Of a stretch of 64,000 bases of DNA, positions 61,769 through 64,000 are shown in pieces. The stretch covers positions 157,418,001 through 157,482,000 of the forward strand of contig NC_042998.1 of NCBI RefSeq assembly GCF_006345805.1, in the 5' to 3' direction. The translations under genes and the position numbers were made by a program. The stretch is from Octopus sinensis (taxonomy: Eukaryota). How positions within the stretch are numbered: the stretch's first letter is position 1; each line of letters begins with the position of its first letter. The notes under the pieces were generated by a model, which was not told where the DNA came from, ran no database searches, and was given only the letters and a program-made list of their open reading frames with translations.

Positions 61769-61801
61769 TTCAACGTTTCGAGCGGAGATCTTCGTCAGAA
61801 A
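61769..61801 (-). ncRNA. Minimal hammerhead motif with no stem III loop (ACGU palindrome)
   Basis: Minus strand TTT-CTGACGA-A-GATC-TCC-GCTC-GAAAC-GTT-GAA. Confidence 0.7.
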
Positions 61802-61817
61802 CATAGGTAAAAGAAAC

Positions 61818-62440
61818 TTGTGGGAACACAAACCACCTCCAGTGATTGAAAATAATCACATCTCACTCCTCTGGAACTTCACCATTCAAACTGACAGAAA
61901 GATAGATGCAAATAGGCCAGACATCATATTGAAAGACTTCAGGCAAAGAACAAGCCTCATCATTGATATGACTGTCCCAATCGATTTAAACTTATCTGTC
62001 AAGACCTACCAAAAACTGAGCAAATATAAAGATCTTGAAATAGAAATCAGCAAAATGTGGAACCTGAAGACTAAAACAATACCTGTTGTCATAGGTGCCC
62101 TGGGAATGATAGCAAAAGGGGCTGATTGCTACCTAACTCAGATACCAAGAAACCCCAAAATAGCAAAAATTCAAAAGATAGTGCTCATGAGAACTGCTCA
62201 TATCCTACGCAAAATACTTTCTATGTAATCTCAAGTTTTAAAACAAACATAATTTTCTTATGTTTTTTTAGACACTCGCTAGTACAACATTCAATACAAA
62301 ACCAAATATATGGCACACTAGGCATAACAACATGAACTTCCAACCTGTTGTCTCTTGAGGTCTCTGGGTGAGACTTGGAGCCAACTTGTACAAATATTAA
62401 GCAAAAGTCAAACGTAGAATAATAATAATAATAATAATAA
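61818..62440 (+). mobile_element. R4-type LINE 3' end (restriction-like endonuclease domain and tail)
   Basis: LWNFTIQTDR..NRPDII..IIDM..KLSKYKDL..PVVIGALG; ends in (TAA)n. Confidence 0.88.
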
Positions 62441-62461
62441 TAGTAGTAGCAGTAGCAGTAC

Positions 62462-62520
<59 letters not shown>

Positions 62521-62529
62521 ATAACAATA

Positions 62530-63160
62530 CAAATGTTACGGCATACGCTACAAATGATAAACAGCTGGAAACATTACTATAGACAGCACGCGGATTTACC
62601 AAAGAAATAAATATGAAATCTAGCTTAGAAAATATGCCGAAGCAACCTTGAAAAGAGGAAAACTAGTTTAAGAGTAGCAACATCACACTATAGAAAGCAA
62701 ATGAAATAAGAGAATTAGACCAAAACCAGACATACAAATATTTAGGAATCAATGAACTAGACACGATGCAGCATACACAATTGAAAGAGAAAATAAAAAA
62801 AAGTATACTATAGACGAGTTAGATTAAAACTGAAAACAGTGCTGAATGCGAAAAACAAGATTATAGGTGTCAACACTTTAGCCGAGCGAGTTATAAGTTA
62901 CAGCTACAATATCCTTAACGGGACACTAAATGAACTAACCAAAATAGAGAGGAAAACAAGAAAATTAATAACAGGATTTAGAATGCATCACCCAAAATCT
63001 GATATGGGAAAGTTATATATACAACGTATAGAAGGTGGTAGAGGCCTTATACAACTAGAAGACTGTTACAAAATAACCACCATAGTACTGCAGAAATACC
63101 TACTTCAGAAACAAGAAAAACTAATTCTAACAGCTAGAAAGCACGAGCAAAACTAAATAC
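62530..63160 (+). pseudogene. R4-type LINE RT C-terminal fragment
   Basis: YKYLGINE; LNAKNKIIGVNTLA; RKTRKL..HHPKSD..LYIQRIEGGRGL. Confidence 0.85.
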
Positions 63161-63197
63161 TGTTCTATATTTAAGACATGAGAAATTATGTACATTA

Positions 63198-63530
63198 TCT
63201 CTCTATATATAAACGGCAATATGTTGTGTGTGTGTCCTTTATACCAATCCACAATTTTTCAGTTAGAGAGCTCACACTTTCTATGGTCAATCAAAACCGT
63301 CCAAGAGTGATCGTGCACATCTTTACATTTCCACAGTCACCCCGCAAAGCCATTAAAAAGATCAATAGAAGTGACTTTTTTGTGAATTTTCTATCCAAAA
63401 CCCAATCAAAATGCCCGAAACTTGATATGCCAATTGAATGCAAGCTAGCTGTATGTGATTGGTCGGAGACTTGGACAGTACCCGCGTGCATATGGAGTGC
63501 AGTAGATGAAAACATAGTGGAATCCATTAG
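63198..63530 (+). mobile_element. Helitron-type 5' end (3' boundary not seen)
   Basis: A|TCTCTCTATATATAAA start followed by GTGTGTGTGTCC; interrupts the R4 fragment. Confidence 0.5.
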
Positions 63531-63599
63531 TTATTAAGTTATAAGCAAATAATTTCATAAAATAAGAAATTCTGTTAGGCTTAGCAATTTTCTCTTATA

Positions 63600-64000
63600 A
63601 AGGGCTTGAAAATAAGCCTTATTCTAGACTTACATTTCGCGATAAGTTCGTTACGTTTGTTAGCATTTCTAAAATCAGCGAATAGAATTTCAAGGGTTTT
63701 GCGAATACAAATTTCAGACTCCCATTGCTACTATCGGGTTGCGTTTAGTCAAAGTTCGCTATTTAAATTCATAGTTAATGTTTTGGGACTAGAGTAAACA
63801 AATATGTTCAGCTAATGATGTATTAGATTTTAGATTAATATTGTGTATGAGTTGATATTCGGAATATCATCAGATCTAGTAGTTGAGCTTGTTAGCTTGG
63901 GTACAGTTCCCATTTAATTAATACGTTTCTCCAGGTTTGTAATTACATCAAGTTCAGGTGGACATGTTGTTGAAGATGGTAGTAGGTCCGTAATCAAAAG
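63600..64000 (-). pseudogene. PLE GIY-YIG C-terminal fragment
   Basis: NINLKSNTSLAEHI..; NKRNELIAKC. Confidence 0.7.

Noticed and set aside
63855-63880. Minus-strand CTGATGA next to a GATATTC/GAATATC hairpin
   Set aside because: No GAAA core or stem III; lies inside PLE coding remnant.

Overview
AT-rich, microsatellite-dense animal DNA, inferred to be an octopus genome from its tRNA-derived SINE families. It is probably intronic or intergenic: I found no host protein-coding exon I could support. The window is almost entirely mobile-element derived. It holds tRNA-derived SINEs (one CORE-type), Penelope-like elements (PLE; RT plus GIY-YIG), Tx1/L1-type, CR1-type, R4-type and RTE-type LINE pieces, a solo LTR, mariner and maT elements, an Academ-type transposon, Helitron pieces and MITEs. 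The main result of the hunt is eight type I hammerhead ribozyme motifs from several PLE-related families, none visible in the ORF track. Five of them (four families) pair a minimal palindromic stem III (CGATCG, CGCGCG, CAATTG, CAGCTG) with an enlarged 58-105 nt stem II. Two face each other inside a 361-nt near-perfect foldback. In a near full-length PLE, the 5' inversion ends within 3 nt of the predicted cleavage site. A second highlight is a 2.0-kb ORF1-only Tx1-like element inserted with a perfect 16-bp TSD into the tRNA head of a SINE. All calls are by eye; no alignments, folding or database searches were run, and boundaries lacking TSD/TIR support are approximate.
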